Origin: a virus
IMG/VR virus record: IMGVR_UViG_3300028831_000378
Location: 1 to 64,000 of that record
Reading direction: 5' to 3' (one strand)
DNA length: 64,000 nucleotides
Shown here: positions 23,450 through 32,593 of the stretch, piece by piece
How the letters are laid out: every line of letters starts with the position of its first letter
How positions within the stretch are numbered: position 1 is the stretch's first letter
Made by a program: the position numbers and the translations under genes
Notes under the pieces: model-generated
Told to the model about the DNA's origin: nothing
Databases searched by the model: none
Seen by the model: only the letters and a program-made list of their open reading frames with translations

Positions 23450-23910
23450 GGCTGAAGGTCGGTGTCGACGGGAAGACGATCGCGTTCGAGGTGGATCCGG
23501 CGCAGGGGATCGGCCGCTACAGCGTGGCGCTCGACGGGCGCCCGCTCGGCGAGGTCTACAAGTGGGAGCGCCGGTACAACCTGCGGCGCGTGTACGTGAC
23601 GCGGGGGTGGAAGGCGAGGCCGAAGGACTCTGACGCGCCGGCACTGCCGCACGCGGACGGCTGCTATGACACGCGGGCCGAGGCGATCGTGGCGCTGCAC
23701 GCGGCGACGAAGACGGTGCGCTTCGTCGCTGACGACGAATACGGGGCGTGGCGTGCCGGCGACGAAGCGGTCGATCTCGGGCGCGAGTCGGAGCATCCGG
23801 ACGCGCCGGACATCCGTCTGCTGCGTCGCGTGGCGTGCGGGCAGACGTTCGCGTTGACGGATCCGTTCGGGCGCGGGCTCGTCGAGCCGGTCGTGGCGGT
23901 GGTGTCGTGA
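23446..23910 (+). CDS. hypothetical protein
   Basis: GTGA overlap. Confidence 0.55.
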   Translation: MRLKVGVDGKTIAFEVDPAQGIGRYSVALDGRPLGEVYKWERRYNLRRVYVTRGWKARPKDSDAPALPHADGCYDTRAEAIVALHAATKTVRFVADDEYGAWRAGDEAVDLGRESEHPDAPDIRLLRRVACGQTFALTDPFGRGLVEPVVAVVS

Positions 23911-24086
23911 ACGTCGAGCCGGGCTCGGGCCTGTCGCTTCGCGAGCTGAAGCGCTTCGAGCGTGCGGCGCGTGGGCGGACGGGCCGTAACCGTGGGCGGA
24001 TCCCGGCGCCTGGTGCTCGCATCGCGGAGACGGGGCCGGCGCGCGCGGCACGGTTGCGGAAGCTCGCGCGAGGTGAGGACGCGTGA
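23907..24086 (+). CDS. small basic protein (59 aa)
   Basis: GTGA overlaps at both ends. Arg-rich. Confidence 0.4.
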   Translation: MNVEPGSGLSLRELKRFERAARGRTGRNRGRIPAPGARIAETGPARAARLRKLARGEDA

Positions 24087-24925
24087 CGCCGTGGTGGCAG
24101 GGCCGGATGGTCGGCTTCGATTTGGAGACGACGAGCCCGCTGCCGGAGGAGGCGCGGATCGTGTCGGCGGCGATCGTGCTGTGCGGTGGCGGGAAGCCGA
24201 CGAAGACGCTGACGCTGCTGGCCGATCCCGGTGTCGAGATCCCGGAGGAGGCCGCGGCGGTGCATGGCATCACGACGGAGATCGCGCGGCGTGACGGCCG
24301 GCCGGCTGGGGAGGTCGTGGAGGCGATCCTCGGCGCGCTCGGGCCGCCGCTGCGCGCCGGGCTGCCGCTGGTGGTCTTCAACGCGCGGTATGACCTGACG
24401 GTCGCGCATCGCGAGGCGCGTCGGCACGGACTGGAGCCGCTAGTGATCGGTGATCAGGTCGTCGATCCGCACGTGGCGGACAAGTGGCTGGATCGCTACC
24501 GGAAGAGCTATCCCTACGGCGTGTCGCCGGAGCAGGCCGCGGCGCGAGGGATCATGTCGACGCGGACGCTGGAGGGCATGTGCGTGGTCTACGGCGCGGT
24601 GCTGGACGGTGCGCACGACGCGGCGTTCGATGCGGTCGCGGCCGTCCGGATCGCGTACAGGATGGGCCAGCGCGGGCAGGTCATCCGGCGCGTCCGGAAC
24701 GAGGAGGAGGGCCGCGAGCTGGCGATGCTGCGGCGCGAGTGGGAGACGGTCCGCAACGATCTCGGGCTGCTGCATCTCGCGCAGAAGCGGTGGGCGCTCG
24801 CGGAGCGCGCACGGTTCGCGGAGTACAAGCGTGGCAACGGCGAGTTGGAGGACGCCGATCGGATTGAGGCCGAGCGCGGGTGGCCCGTGCTCGACGTGAT
24901 GGCACACGAGGAGGTAGCAGCGTGA
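24083..24925 (+). CDS. DEDDh 3'-5' exonuclease (DnaQ/epsilon-like)
   Basis: VGFDLETT (Exo I), VVFNARYDLTV (Exo II) and GAHDAAFDAVA (Exo III, H-x4-D). Confidence 0.75.
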   Translation: MTPWWQGRMVGFDLETTSPLPEEARIVSAAIVLCGGGKPTKTLTLLADPGVEIPEEAAAVHGITTEIARRDGRPAGEVVEAILGALGPPLRAGLPLVVFNARYDLTVAHREARRHGLEPLVIGDQVVDPHVADKWLDRYRKSYPYGVSPEQAAARGIMSTRTLEGMCVVYGAVLDGAHDAAFDAVAAVRIAYRMGQRGQVIRRVRNEEEGRELAMLRREWETVRNDLGLLHLAQKRWALAERARFAEYKRGNGELEDADRIEAERGWPVLDVMAHEEVAA

Positions 24926-25001
24926 TTCCAGTGGCGCTGGTGGCAGCGGCCGCAGTGGGCGTGGATGCTCGCGTGGCGGGCCGCGAGTGGAGGTGGCGGT
25001 G

Positions 25002-25313
25002 ATGCTCGATCTGGCGCGAAAGGCCGTGGTCGACGTGGTGGTCGCGTGGGGTTGGTCGGTAGGCGTGATCGCGGATCGCGCGATCGTCGCGGATCGGGAG
25101 AACGGCACAGACAAGGCGCTTTCGGGGCATCTCTTCGGCGAGCTGATAGGTGCGGTCGGCGACGGGCTGCTCCGCGACGACGAGGCTATGTGGCGCGCGA
25201 CGGAAGCGTTCATCGACGCGGGGCCGGACGAGTACGACTCAGAGGAGAGACAAGACCTGCGAGATCGCGTGGAGGCGGCTGTGGCCGCCGCATTCGGGAG
25301 GGAAGATGTCTAG
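25002..25313 (+). CDS. hypothetical acidic protein
   Basis: ATG 25002, an internal start of ORF 24987-25313. Confidence 0.5.
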   Translation: MLDLARKAVVDVVVAWGWSVGVIADRAIVADRENGTDKALSGHLFGELIGAVGDGLLRDDEAMWRATEAFIDAGPDEYDSEERQDLRDRVEAAVAAAFGREDV

Positions 25314-25533
25314 CCCTTCAATCACAGAAACGCATTGGCGGCAGGCTGGTCGTGACTACGGGTGGCCGCTGCGATGCCCGATCCCGGCGGAGCTGTGGGT
25401 GCCGCACGGGCAGGAGGCGCCGGCGGAGTGGCTGGCGCGCTTTCTCGACACATCGGCCGCGGAGGAGCGCCATCGCGTGCTCGTCGCGGCTCGTCGAGCG
25501 CGTAAGCGAGCGAAGGAGATAGGGCGTGTCTAG
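25306..25533 (+). CDS. hypothetical protein
   Basis: GGGAGGGAAG RBS then ATG 25306. Confidence 0.5.
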   Translation: MSSPSITETHWRQAGRDYGWPLRCPIPAELWVPHGQEAPAEWLARFLDTSAAEERHRVLVAARRARKRAKEIGRV

Positions 25534-25897
25534 GGTGAAGCGGTGTGCGTTGGCGGTTGTGGTGCCGGCGGTGGCGTTGACGTCCGGGGCGTCGAGCGCT
25601 GACGCGGCGGAGTTCCGACCGACGTGGGCGAGCTGGTATGGGCCGGGGCTGTGGGGGAACGTGCTGGGCTGCGGCGGCGTGCTGCACACGTGGACGCGTG
25701 GCGTGGCGCACAAGACGCTGGACTGCGGGACGAAGCTGCGGATCTGCGCGTCACGCTGCTCGACGGTGCGAGTCATCGACCGTGGCCCGTTCGTCGTGGG
25801 GCGCGAGTTTGACCTGACGGCGACGACGGCGCGGCAGGTGCGGCTGAAGGTTGGGCCGCGGGGTGCCGGCCGTATTCATGTGCGTCAGATCGGGTAG
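25526..25897 (+). CDS. RlpA-like double-psi beta-barrel (DPBB) lytic transglycosylase with signal peptide
   Basis: Signal peptide CALAVVVPAVALTSGASSADA. Contains ASWYGPGLWGN...VAHKTLDCGTKLRIC...VRVIDRGPFVVGREFDLT. Confidence 0.7.
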   Translation: MSRVKRCALAVVVPAVALTSGASSADAAEFRPTWASWYGPGLWGNVLGCGGVLHTWTRGVAHKTLDCGTKLRICASRCSTVRVIDRGPFVVGREFDLTATTARQVRLKVGPRGAGRIHVRQIG

Positions 25898-26008
25898 GAT
25901 CGGGCGCGTCACAGCACACGAGCGCATCGCGCTCACCTCCCCTGCGAACGGCTCGCGTTGCCTCTCCTCCCCCTACCTCCGGAGGCGGCGCGGGCCGTCC
26001 GCATCTTC

Positions 26009-26036
26009 GGGATCGTGCTGCGGGTGGAGGTACGCT
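26009..26036 (+). promoter_or_regulatory. late-type promoter, copy 2
   Basis: GGGATCGT at 26009-26016. ATC, then 16 nt, then TACGCT at 26031-26036. ATG 26045 lies 8 nt downstream. Confidence 0.55.
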
Positions 26037-26044
26037 TCGCTGCG

Positions 26045-26548
26045 ATGGCAACGCTGACGCGTAGAAAGCCGCTCGCGGTGATGCTTCGGGTCGTGTGCCC
26101 GGCGGCGGTGCCGATCGCGGGCGCGATGCCGGCGAACGCGGGCGTGATCTGCCGCGTGATGGAGCAGGACCGGGATCGCGAGCAGGGCTCGGGCCTGACG
26201 CCGGCGCAGCACGCGATGGCGCGTGACGGCTCTGATGGTGTGCTGCTGACGGCGAAGAGCGATCCGAGCACGATCGAGCGGATGTGCTGCGCGGAGGCGG
26301 ACGTGCCGGTGCTCGATCACTTCGAGAAAGCTGGTGGCCGCGAGAGTTACACCTACTGCCCGGTGTGGCAGGCCGAGAAAGAACGGATCGCGGAGGGCCG
26401 CGAGATGCTGGCCGAGCAGCAGGTGCCGGAGCCCGTGTCGCACTTCGACGAGGGCCGCGGGTTCGGGGCGCAGTCGCGGGACGCGGCCGATCCGTGGGCG
26501 CAGGCGCGCCGCGATCTCGATCTACTGGCGGATGGCAGCTATGGCTGA
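26045..26548 (+). CDS. hypothetical protein (first gene of portal operon)
   Basis: ATG 26045 directly after the late promoter. The upstream part of ORF 25958 spans the promoter. Confidence 0.55.
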   Translation: MATLTRRKPLAVMLRVVCPAAVPIAGAMPANAGVICRVMEQDRDREQGSGLTPAQHAMARDGSDGVLLTAKSDPSTIERMCCAEADVPVLDHFEKAGGRESYTYCPVWQAEKERIAEGREMLAEQQVPEPVSHFDEGRGFGAQSRDAADPWAQARRDLDLLADGSYG

Positions 26549-26795
26549 TGCACGCGACACGATCACGGCCGCGATCACGCAGATCGAGCAGGCCGCTCGC
26601 GCGGCGGGCAAGGCGGCGGCGGAGCGGCCGGCGCTCGGGCGGCGAGCTGGGGCTGTGGTGATGAGGGCGCAGGCGGATTCGTGCGCGGCGTGTGCGACGG
26701 CGTTCGCTTCGGTGTCAGCGGTGTCGGCGGCGCTGAATGCTGCGGCGTCGGGTCTGCGCCAGCGCGCGGACGTGATCGACCCGCCGGGGCCGTAG
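26541..26795 (+). CDS. hypothetical Ala-rich protein
   Basis: ATG 26541 overlaps the upstream gene by 8 nt. Confidence 0.5.
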   Translation: MADARDTITAAITQIEQAARAAGKAAAERPALGRRAGAVVMRAQADSCAACATAFASVSAVSAALNAAASGLRQRADVIDPPGP

Positions 26796-26798
26796 GTC

Positions 26799-28814
26799 GT
26801 GGCGCTGCTCGATCGTCCGCGGTTGCGTGCGCTCGCGGAAGCGGCGGAGGAGCGCATCGGGATCGGGGTGCGAACGACGGCGACGCTTCAGCGCGCCGCG
26901 GTCGTCGAGCAGGAGTTCGTGCAGCTCGCCGGCGAGGCCGAAGACCTGGCGCTGCACCACATGGACTACTTCGGCGGCCGGCCGTCCGAGCTGGGGACGG
27001 AGCGCCGGCGTCGAATCGCGCAGCGGTCGCGGATCGCGCTGAAGTTCGACCCGCTCGCCGGCGCGGAGGCGAATCTGCTGGCGGACTTCGCGTACGGGAA
27101 GGGCATCCCGACGCCAACGGCGCGCGACTCGAAGGTGCAGGCGATAATCGACGAGGCGTGGTCGGACGCGAATAATGAGGAGAAGCTGACGGGCTTTCAG
27201 GCGCAGCGGCGCCTGTCGAACGAGCTGCTGACGTCGGGCGAGCTGTTCCCGACGCTGTATGTCGCCGGCGGGAAGGTACGCGTCGGGCGGCTGGATCCCG
27301 ATCTCGTCGAAGCGGTCGTGCCCGATCCGGAGGATCGCCTGCGGCCGCTGTGGTACGTGTGCCGTGTTCGTCGCTACGAATGGGACTTCGAGAACGACAT
27401 GGCGAAGGTCGAGACGGATGTGCTCGAAGGAGGCCGGCCGAAGCTGCGCTACTGGAAGCACTGGCGCAACTACGACGACGCGGTGAAGGAGCGCGAGCAG
27501 GGGATCGTCGGCGACGACGAGCAAGCGCTGATCACGCCGCCGGCGCACAAGCAAGCCGAAGGCGTCGTCTTTCATCTCGCGATCAATCAGACGGGCGAGG
27601 AGTTGCGCGGCAATCCGCCGTGGGCGCGGTCGCTGCGGTTCTTCGAGGCGATGAACGTGCTGACCGAATCGCACGTCGTGATGGCGCAGGGCGCGTCGTC
27701 GTTCATCGCGAAGCGGGTGCTGAAGGGCACGCCGGGGCAGGTCACGAAGGCCGCGGGCTCGGTGCTGTCGCATCTGTCGGAGCTGGGCGCGAGCGGCCGG
27801 CTGGGCGACGAGCGCCGCACGCCGCAGGGTGACGGGCCGGCAGCGTTCGCTCCGGGGGCGCAGGCGCCGCCGTCGCCGGGGTCGTGGTGGACGGAGAACG
27901 AGTCGATGCGGATGGAGGCGCTGTCGCTGAACTCCGGGGCCGGGCAGATGGCGCAGACGGCGCAGATCGTGCGCGCGCCGATCGCGGCCGCGGCGGGGTT
28001 TGGGCAGCACTATCTCGGCGATGCGGGGAACGCGAACCTCGCGACCGCGAGCACGCTGGAGTTGCCGGCGACGATGCGGATCGAGTCGTGGCAGGAGTAC
28101 GCGCGGCAGATCCTCGTGTGGTTCACCGATCGCGCGATCGAGGCGGCGGTGAAGGCCGGTCGGCTCGGCGGCCTGGACGGGCATCCGGGCGAGGCGCCGA
28201 TCGGCGAGATGCGGTTGCACGAGGCCGAAGACCGGATGGCGATGGAGAAACGCACCGGGCTCGACCTTGGCTATGAGTTCGTGATGCCGTTCCCGGGACG
28301 CCGGCAACTCCCGGAGGTCGCGGCGCTCGTGACGGGGCTCGGGACGTCGTTCGATCCGAACGGCGTGAACATCCCGTTTCGTCGACATCTGCTGCGGTTC
28401 GCGTTCGAGCAGATGGGCATCGCGGACGTCGGGCACGCGGTGGAGGAGTGCATCCCGGAGGACGGGCTGCCGGGCGGCATCGGGCCGCAGTCGCAGCCGG
28501 TCGTCGATCCGGTCACGGGCGATCCGGTGCCGGGCGCGGCGGGTGGCGGCGGCCCGACGCCGAAGCCGACGCCGGGCGGGAAGAAGCCGTCGCCGGACGA
28601 GCCGCGCAACGTGCGTAAGCAGTCGACTCCGCCGGGTGAGCGCACGCAGTCGCGAGAGACGCTGATGGAGGCGTGGATCCCGGAGGACGTACGGGCCGTG
28701 ATGGGCGAGTTCGGCGATGGGACGGAGGCGCTGTTCGCGCACCTCGTCGGGGCGTCGGCGACGGAGGCGGCCGCGGCGCTCGCGGTCGCTGCGGGCGGGA
28801 ACGGCGCGAGCTGA
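26799..28814 (+). CDS. portal protein
   Basis: 671 aa, immediately upstream of the Mu-F/SPP1 gp7-like gene. Size and position are typical. No alternative function recognised. Confidence 0.7.
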   Translation: MALLDRPRLRALAEAAEERIGIGVRTTATLQRAAVVEQEFVQLAGEAEDLALHHMDYFGGRPSELGTERRRRIAQRSRIALKFDPLAGAEANLLADFAYGKGIPTPTARDSKVQAIIDEAWSDANNEEKLTGFQAQRRLSNELLTSGELFPTLYVAGGKVRVGRLDPDLVEAVVPDPEDRLRPLWYVCRVRRYEWDFENDMAKVETDVLEGGRPKLRYWKHWRNYDDAVKEREQGIVGDDEQALITPPAHKQAEGVVFHLAINQTGEELRGNPPWARSLRFFEAMNVLTESHVVMAQGASSFIAKRVLKGTPGQVTKAAGSVLSHLSELGASGRLGDERRTPQGDGPAAFAPGAQAPPSPGSWWTENESMRMEALSLNSGAGQMAQTAQIVRAPIAAAAGFGQHYLGDAGNANLATASTLELPATMRIESWQEYARQILVWFTDRAIEAAVKAGRLGGLDGHPGEAPIGEMRLHEAEDRMAMEKRTGLDLGYEFVMPFPGRRQLPEVAALVTGLGTSFDPNGVNIPFRRHLLRFAFEQMGIADVGHAVEECIPEDGLPGGIGPQSQPVVDPVTGDPVPGAAGGGGPTPKPTPGGKKPSPDEPRNVRKQSTPPGERTQSRETLMEAWIPEDVRAVMGEFGDGTEALFAHLVGASATEAAAALAVAAGGNGAS

Positions 28815-30415
28815 TGGCGACGAGCGCGCCGCCGCGGCAACCGGAGCAGCAGCGGCGCGCCGCGGCGCTCGCGGCCGGCGGTGCGCTTGCGGTGACGGCG
28901 GGCCAGCAGGGGCAGGACGAGCCGCCGGCGCCGGCGCGCGCGACCGCGGCCGCGGTGATCCTCGCGGCGCTCGTGTCGTTCCTGGCGGTGCAGCGCGCTC
29001 GTGCTCGCGCGTGGCTACGCGAGCAGCTTCGGAAGCGGTCGCTGGTGACGCCGGAGGCGGAGATCGAGGGTGTGCTCGACGACGAGGAGCGCCGCGGCGC
29101 GGAGTTCGAGCGGCGCAGCGTCGAGCGGTTCACGCGGGAGCTGACGACGGTGCTCGCGATCCCGGACGCGCGGCAGCGTGAGGCGGCGGTGCGCGGGCTC
29201 GTCGGGCGCGAGCAGCGGTACGCGCGGCAGCGTGACGTCGCGATGGCGGCTCGTGCGTTCGCTGCGATCGACCGGATCGTGCTGCGCACGTCGTCGCCGC
29301 AGGGCGCGTTCTGGAGGCTCGATCCAACGGTCGCGGAGCACACGGCGGGGTGCCTGTTCATGGGCGGCAAGTTCTGGCCGTGGGCGGTGCTCGATCGTGT
29401 GCATCCGCCGCGACACGCGGGCTGTCCGTGCAGGCTGCTCGGGTACGGCGAGGCGGTCGCGGAGGGCCTGATGGCACCGGGGGATGTGCAGGACGTCCGG
29501 AAGGCGGTGCTGCGCGCCGCAGCGGTCGTGATGGAGGGCGCGCTCGTGCTCGACGATCCGGTCGACGCGCTCGGGCTGATCGTGGAGGCGTACGGGTCGA
29601 TCGAGGTCGCGGAGTTGCGCGCCGCGATGCTGACGGCCGGCGTGTCGACGGCGGAGCGCTTCGACGCGGTGATCGAGCGCGCGCACGACATCCCGAACTC
29701 GTTCGGTCGCGGGAAGAAGTTCGGCGTCGGCGGACGGTTCGCGGGGCACTTCCATCCGGGCGCCGGCGGCGGGGATGGCGGCCTGAAGCGCGCCGCGCGC
29801 CGCGCGCTGTCGCTGGTGCAGCATCGCCGCGCCGGCGGGAAGGCGGAGGTGAAGCGCAATCCGGCGTTCCCGAACGCGGCGCCACGCTTCGACGAGCACG
29901 CGCTCGCGCGCTACGAAGCTGAGCAGCACGCGTACGAGTGGGCGTCGATCGCGGCGGATCCGGGGCCGGAGGCCGGCGCTGATGAGGCGTGGCGCAGGGC
30001 GCACGAGCTGGAGGCGAAGAAGGCGAGCAAGGCGCTGGACGTAGCGTTGGGGCCGGATCTCGCGAAGTTCATAGATCGGCAGTGGGGCCAGAAGGCGGGG
30101 GTGCGTCGCCGGCTGCTGGAGGGCGAGATCACGGTGCAGCAGGCCGAAGAGGAGGCGTACGAGGAGTACGCGCGGCTGGAGACAGCGCGGCTGCTGCGCG
30201 AGGTCGATCGCGACCTGGACTATGGGCTAGAGAAAAAGCCGCTGCCGTGCTTTAGCTGCGGGCACTTCAAGGCGCGGCCTTCGGACGTGTGCGGCTACTG
30301 TGGCGACGATCCCGTGCAGCTCGGGACGAAGCGCGAGGACTTCGATCGGGCCTACGGCTATGCCGGTCATAGCGTGCAGGCGCCATACATGGCCGGTGTG
30401 GGGGTGAAGAAGTGA
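28814..30415 (+). CDS. head morphogenesis protein (SPP1 gp7 / Mu F-like) with C-terminal zinc ribbon
   Basis: TVAEHTAGCLFMGGKFWPW...HPPRHAGCPCRL matches the gp7/MuF signature. C-terminal CFSCGH...CGYCG. Confidence 0.75.
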   Translation: MATSAPPRQPEQQRRAAALAAGGALAVTAGQQGQDEPPAPARATAAAVILAALVSFLAVQRARARAWLREQLRKRSLVTPEAEIEGVLDDEERRGAEFERRSVERFTRELTTVLAIPDARQREAAVRGLVGREQRYARQRDVAMAARAFAAIDRIVLRTSSPQGAFWRLDPTVAEHTAGCLFMGGKFWPWAVLDRVHPPRHAGCPCRLLGYGEAVAEGLMAPGDVQDVRKAVLRAAAVVMEGALVLDDPVDALGLIVEAYGSIEVAELRAAMLTAGVSTAERFDAVIERAHDIPNSFGRGKKFGVGGRFAGHFHPGAGGGDGGLKRAARRALSLVQHRRAGGKAEVKRNPAFPNAAPRFDEHALARYEAEQHAYEWASIAADPGPEAGADEAWRRAHELEAKKASKALDVALGPDLAKFIDRQWGQKAGVRRRLLEGEITVQQAEEEAYEEYARLETARLLREVDRDLDYGLEKKPLPCFSCGHFKARPSDVCGYCGDDPVQLGTKREDFDRAYGYAGHSVQAPYMAGVGVKK

Positions 30416-30636
30416 AGGCAGGTGTGCGGATCGTGCCGGAGGGCCGGTTGCGGCTGTCGCGGGCTCCGACGTCGGAGCTGGGCGCGGCGGCGCAGCAGGC
30501 GCAAGCGGAGGCCGGGCTCGACGCGGCGGACTTCGTGATCGTGGCGGTCGAGCCGGGGCTCGGCGACGACGCGTTGGCGAAGGCGGTGCGTGACGCGGCG
30601 GCCGCGCTGAAGCCGGCGAAGGCGAAGGCGAGCTAG
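30412..30636 (+). CDS. hypothetical protein
   Basis: GTGA overlap. Confidence 0.5.
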   Translation: MKAGVRIVPEGRLRLSRAPTSELGAAAQQAQAEAGLDAADFVIVAVEPGLGDDALAKAVRDAAAALKPAKAKAS

Positions 30637-30992
30637 TGGCGCCGGCGCCGACGTACGATCCGCCGCATCAGCAGCTCGGGCGGCTGATGGTGGCGGCGCG
30701 TCGGCGGGGCTTGTCGTTCGAGGAGTTCTGGCGCGAGGCGATGCAGACGGGCTCGCCTACGGTGATGGTCACGACGCCGCATCCGCCGGAGGGCGCGGTG
30801 CAGTGGCCTACCGATCGCGCGGACCGGGTGAACTGGCAGGTGGCGCTCGCGAGCGCGAAGGATGGGTGGCGTCGCGCGTTCGAGCGGCTGGAGCCGACTC
30901 CGGAGGAGCGCGCGCTATCGGTGCTCGGCGAGGCGATGGGCTGGATCACGCCGGCGCAGCGCGCGGCCGGCGTCGAGCGGGCGGTGGCGTAG
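30636..30992 (+). CDS. hypothetical protein
   Basis: GTG overlaps the upstream TAG. Confidence 0.5.
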   Translation: MAPAPTYDPPHQQLGRLMVAARRRGLSFEEFWREAMQTGSPTVMVTTPHPPEGAVQWPTDRADRVNWQVALASAKDGWRRAFERLEPTPEERALSVLGEAMGWITPAQRAAGVERAVA

Positions 30993-31004
30993 GGATCCGG
31001 TCGC

Positions 31005-32531
31005 GTGCGCCGGTACGCTGCGAAGGGCGTGTCGGGTCTGCTCGAATATTGGGAGTCCGGGAACGCGCCGCATGAGGCGCTGGGCCGCGCCGCGCGCCGG
31101 CTGGCGTCTGGTGGCGCGCTGTACTTGGGTGGCGGCGTCGGCGTCGAGCGCCAGCAGACGGCGCAGGGCGCCGCGACGTACCGGCTGACGTCGGCGACGG
31201 GCGCGGCGAAGGGCGAGGAGATGGCCGGCCCGCTGTCGGCGGTGATCCGGGCGTTCGCGATGGCGGGCTCCAGCACGAAGCCGGACACGCCGGGCGGGTC
31301 GACGGCGATCAGCGATCCGGCGGTCGCGGCGCGGCTACGCGAGCTGAACGACGAGGAGGCCGAAGCGAAGCGTGATCTTCAGCGCTACACGACGCGGCTT
31401 GCGCGTCGGCAGCGCCAGCCGCCGCGGGTGTTCTCTCCCGGTGGCGGCGTGTCGACGGTCGACGAGGATGGCTGGGAGGCGCGGCGGATCGAGGAGCTGA
31501 GGGCGGACCTGTCGCGGATCGCTGGCGAGCGGCGGCGGCTGATCTCGACGGGGAAGATAGAGGAGGTCGAGCAGGCGAGGCCGGGCACGAACTTCACGAA
31601 GATCCCGGCGAAGAACGTCGCGAAGCTGCGGCCGATCATCGACCACTACAAGGGCAAGGCGAAGCCGTTCACGGAGTGCGTCGCGGATCAGATCCGGCAT
31701 GGGCTGTCGCCGGATCACGCGCGTCGGCGTTGCGCGGTCGTCAAGGATCTCGGGCAGGGCTCGACGGCGTGGCACGGCAAGGCCGCGAAGAAGGTGTCGG
31801 AGGCGCTGGGGGCGGCGCTCGGGCGGCTTGTGGCCGTGGAGCAGCAGCTCGGGCTCGGGGCGTCTGTGGCGCTCGCGGAGGCGGACGTGGCGCGGCTGGA
31901 TCCGGTCGCGGCCGCGCTCGCGGAGGGCGTGGCGCAGGACTACGCGCTGCTGTCGCTGGCGGGGCATCCGCTCGCGGAGGTGCTGTATCCGGCGGGCGAC
32001 GTCGACACGAAGGAGGAGCCGGTGAGCGAAGGTGAGAGGGGCGAGGGGATCGGGCTGCTGCTGGAGGCGTTCGGGCCGCCGCCGATGGCGAGCGCTCCGC
32101 GCGCGGACGCGCAGGCGAGCGTCGCGGGCTCGAAGAAGAAGAAGTCGACGTCGAGCGGTAGCTCGGGCTCGAAGACGCGCAAGCGCGCACCGAAGGGCCA
32201 GCGGGAGGGGGGGCGGTTCATCAGCTCGGGCAGCTCGGGCGAGGATGTCCGGGCGGTGCAGCGCAAGGTCGGCGCGACGACGGACGGCAAGTTCGGCTCG
32301 AAGACGAAGCAAGCGGTGATGGACTACCAGAAGCGGCACGGGCTGAAGGTCGACGGGATCGTGGGGCGGCAGACGTCGCTGGCGATGCGCGGCCACTACG
32401 CGACGGCGCGCAGGACGCAGCCGGGCGCGATGCACTCCGTCGATCACTCGGCGCTGAAGACGATGCGGCGCGGCTCGAAGGGCCGCAGCGGGAAGACGGG
32501 TCCGCGGATGCGGGGTGGCGTCACGGTGTAG
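31005..32531 (+). CDS. head-module protein with C-terminal peptidoglycan-binding (PG_binding_1-like) domain
   Basis: C-terminal GEDVRAVQRKVGATTDGKFGSKTKQAVMDYQKRHGLKVDGIVGRQT. Start uncertain. Confidence 0.6.
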   Translation: MRRYAAKGVSGLLEYWESGNAPHEALGRAARRLASGGALYLGGGVGVERQQTAQGAATYRLTSATGAAKGEEMAGPLSAVIRAFAMAGSSTKPDTPGGSTAISDPAVAARLRELNDEEAEAKRDLQRYTTRLARRQRQPPRVFSPGGGVSTVDEDGWEARRIEELRADLSRIAGERRRLISTGKIEEVEQARPGTNFTKIPAKNVAKLRPIIDHYKGKAKPFTECVADQIRHGLSPDHARRRCAVVKDLGQGSTAWHGKAAKKVSEALGAALGRLVAVEQQLGLGASVALAEADVARLDPVAAALAEGVAQDYALLSLAGHPLAEVLYPAGDVDTKEEPVSEGERGEGIGLLLEAFGPPPMASAPRADAQASVAGSKKKKSTSSGSSGSKTRKRAPKGQREGGRFISSGSSGEDVRAVQRKVGATTDGKFGSKTKQAVMDYQKRHGLKVDGIVGRQTSLAMRGHYATARRTQPGAMHSVDHSALKTMRRGSKGRSGKTGPRMRGGVTV

Positions 32532-32540
32532 CCGCGCGCC

Positions 32541-32585
32541 GATCACGCTGTTATCGTCCGGGCTCTACCCGAGACGACGAAGGAG
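32541..32585 (+). promoter_or_regulatory. early-type promoter/operator plus leader, copy 5
   Basis: Dyad GATCAC-gct-GTTATC at 32541-32555. TATCGT at 32552-32557. TACCCGAG at 32566-32573. GAAGGAG at 32579-32585 and GTG at 32594. Confidence 0.55.
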
Positions 32586-32593
32586 CGTGTGGC

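Noticed and set aside
22109-24427. 772-aa ORF on the minus strand.
   Set aside because: It is antisense to a run of well-behaved, translationally coupled + strand genes. The translation is Arg/Pro/Ala-rich low-complexity with no motifs. This is a typical high-GC antisense artefact.
24922-25002. 26-codon hydrophobic ORF (VIPVALVAAAAVGV...) coupled by GTGA and TGATG overlaps.
   Set aside because: It is too short and Ala/Val-rich to distinguish from chance in 70% GC DNA. It is mentioned but not annotated.
26715-28742. 675-aa minus-strand ORF opposite the portal gene. A similar one lies at 33548-35650 opposite the sheath gene, and another at 7354-9435 opposite the LamG repeat gene.
   Set aside because: These are antisense shadows of strongly supported + strand genes and lack RBSs or motifs.
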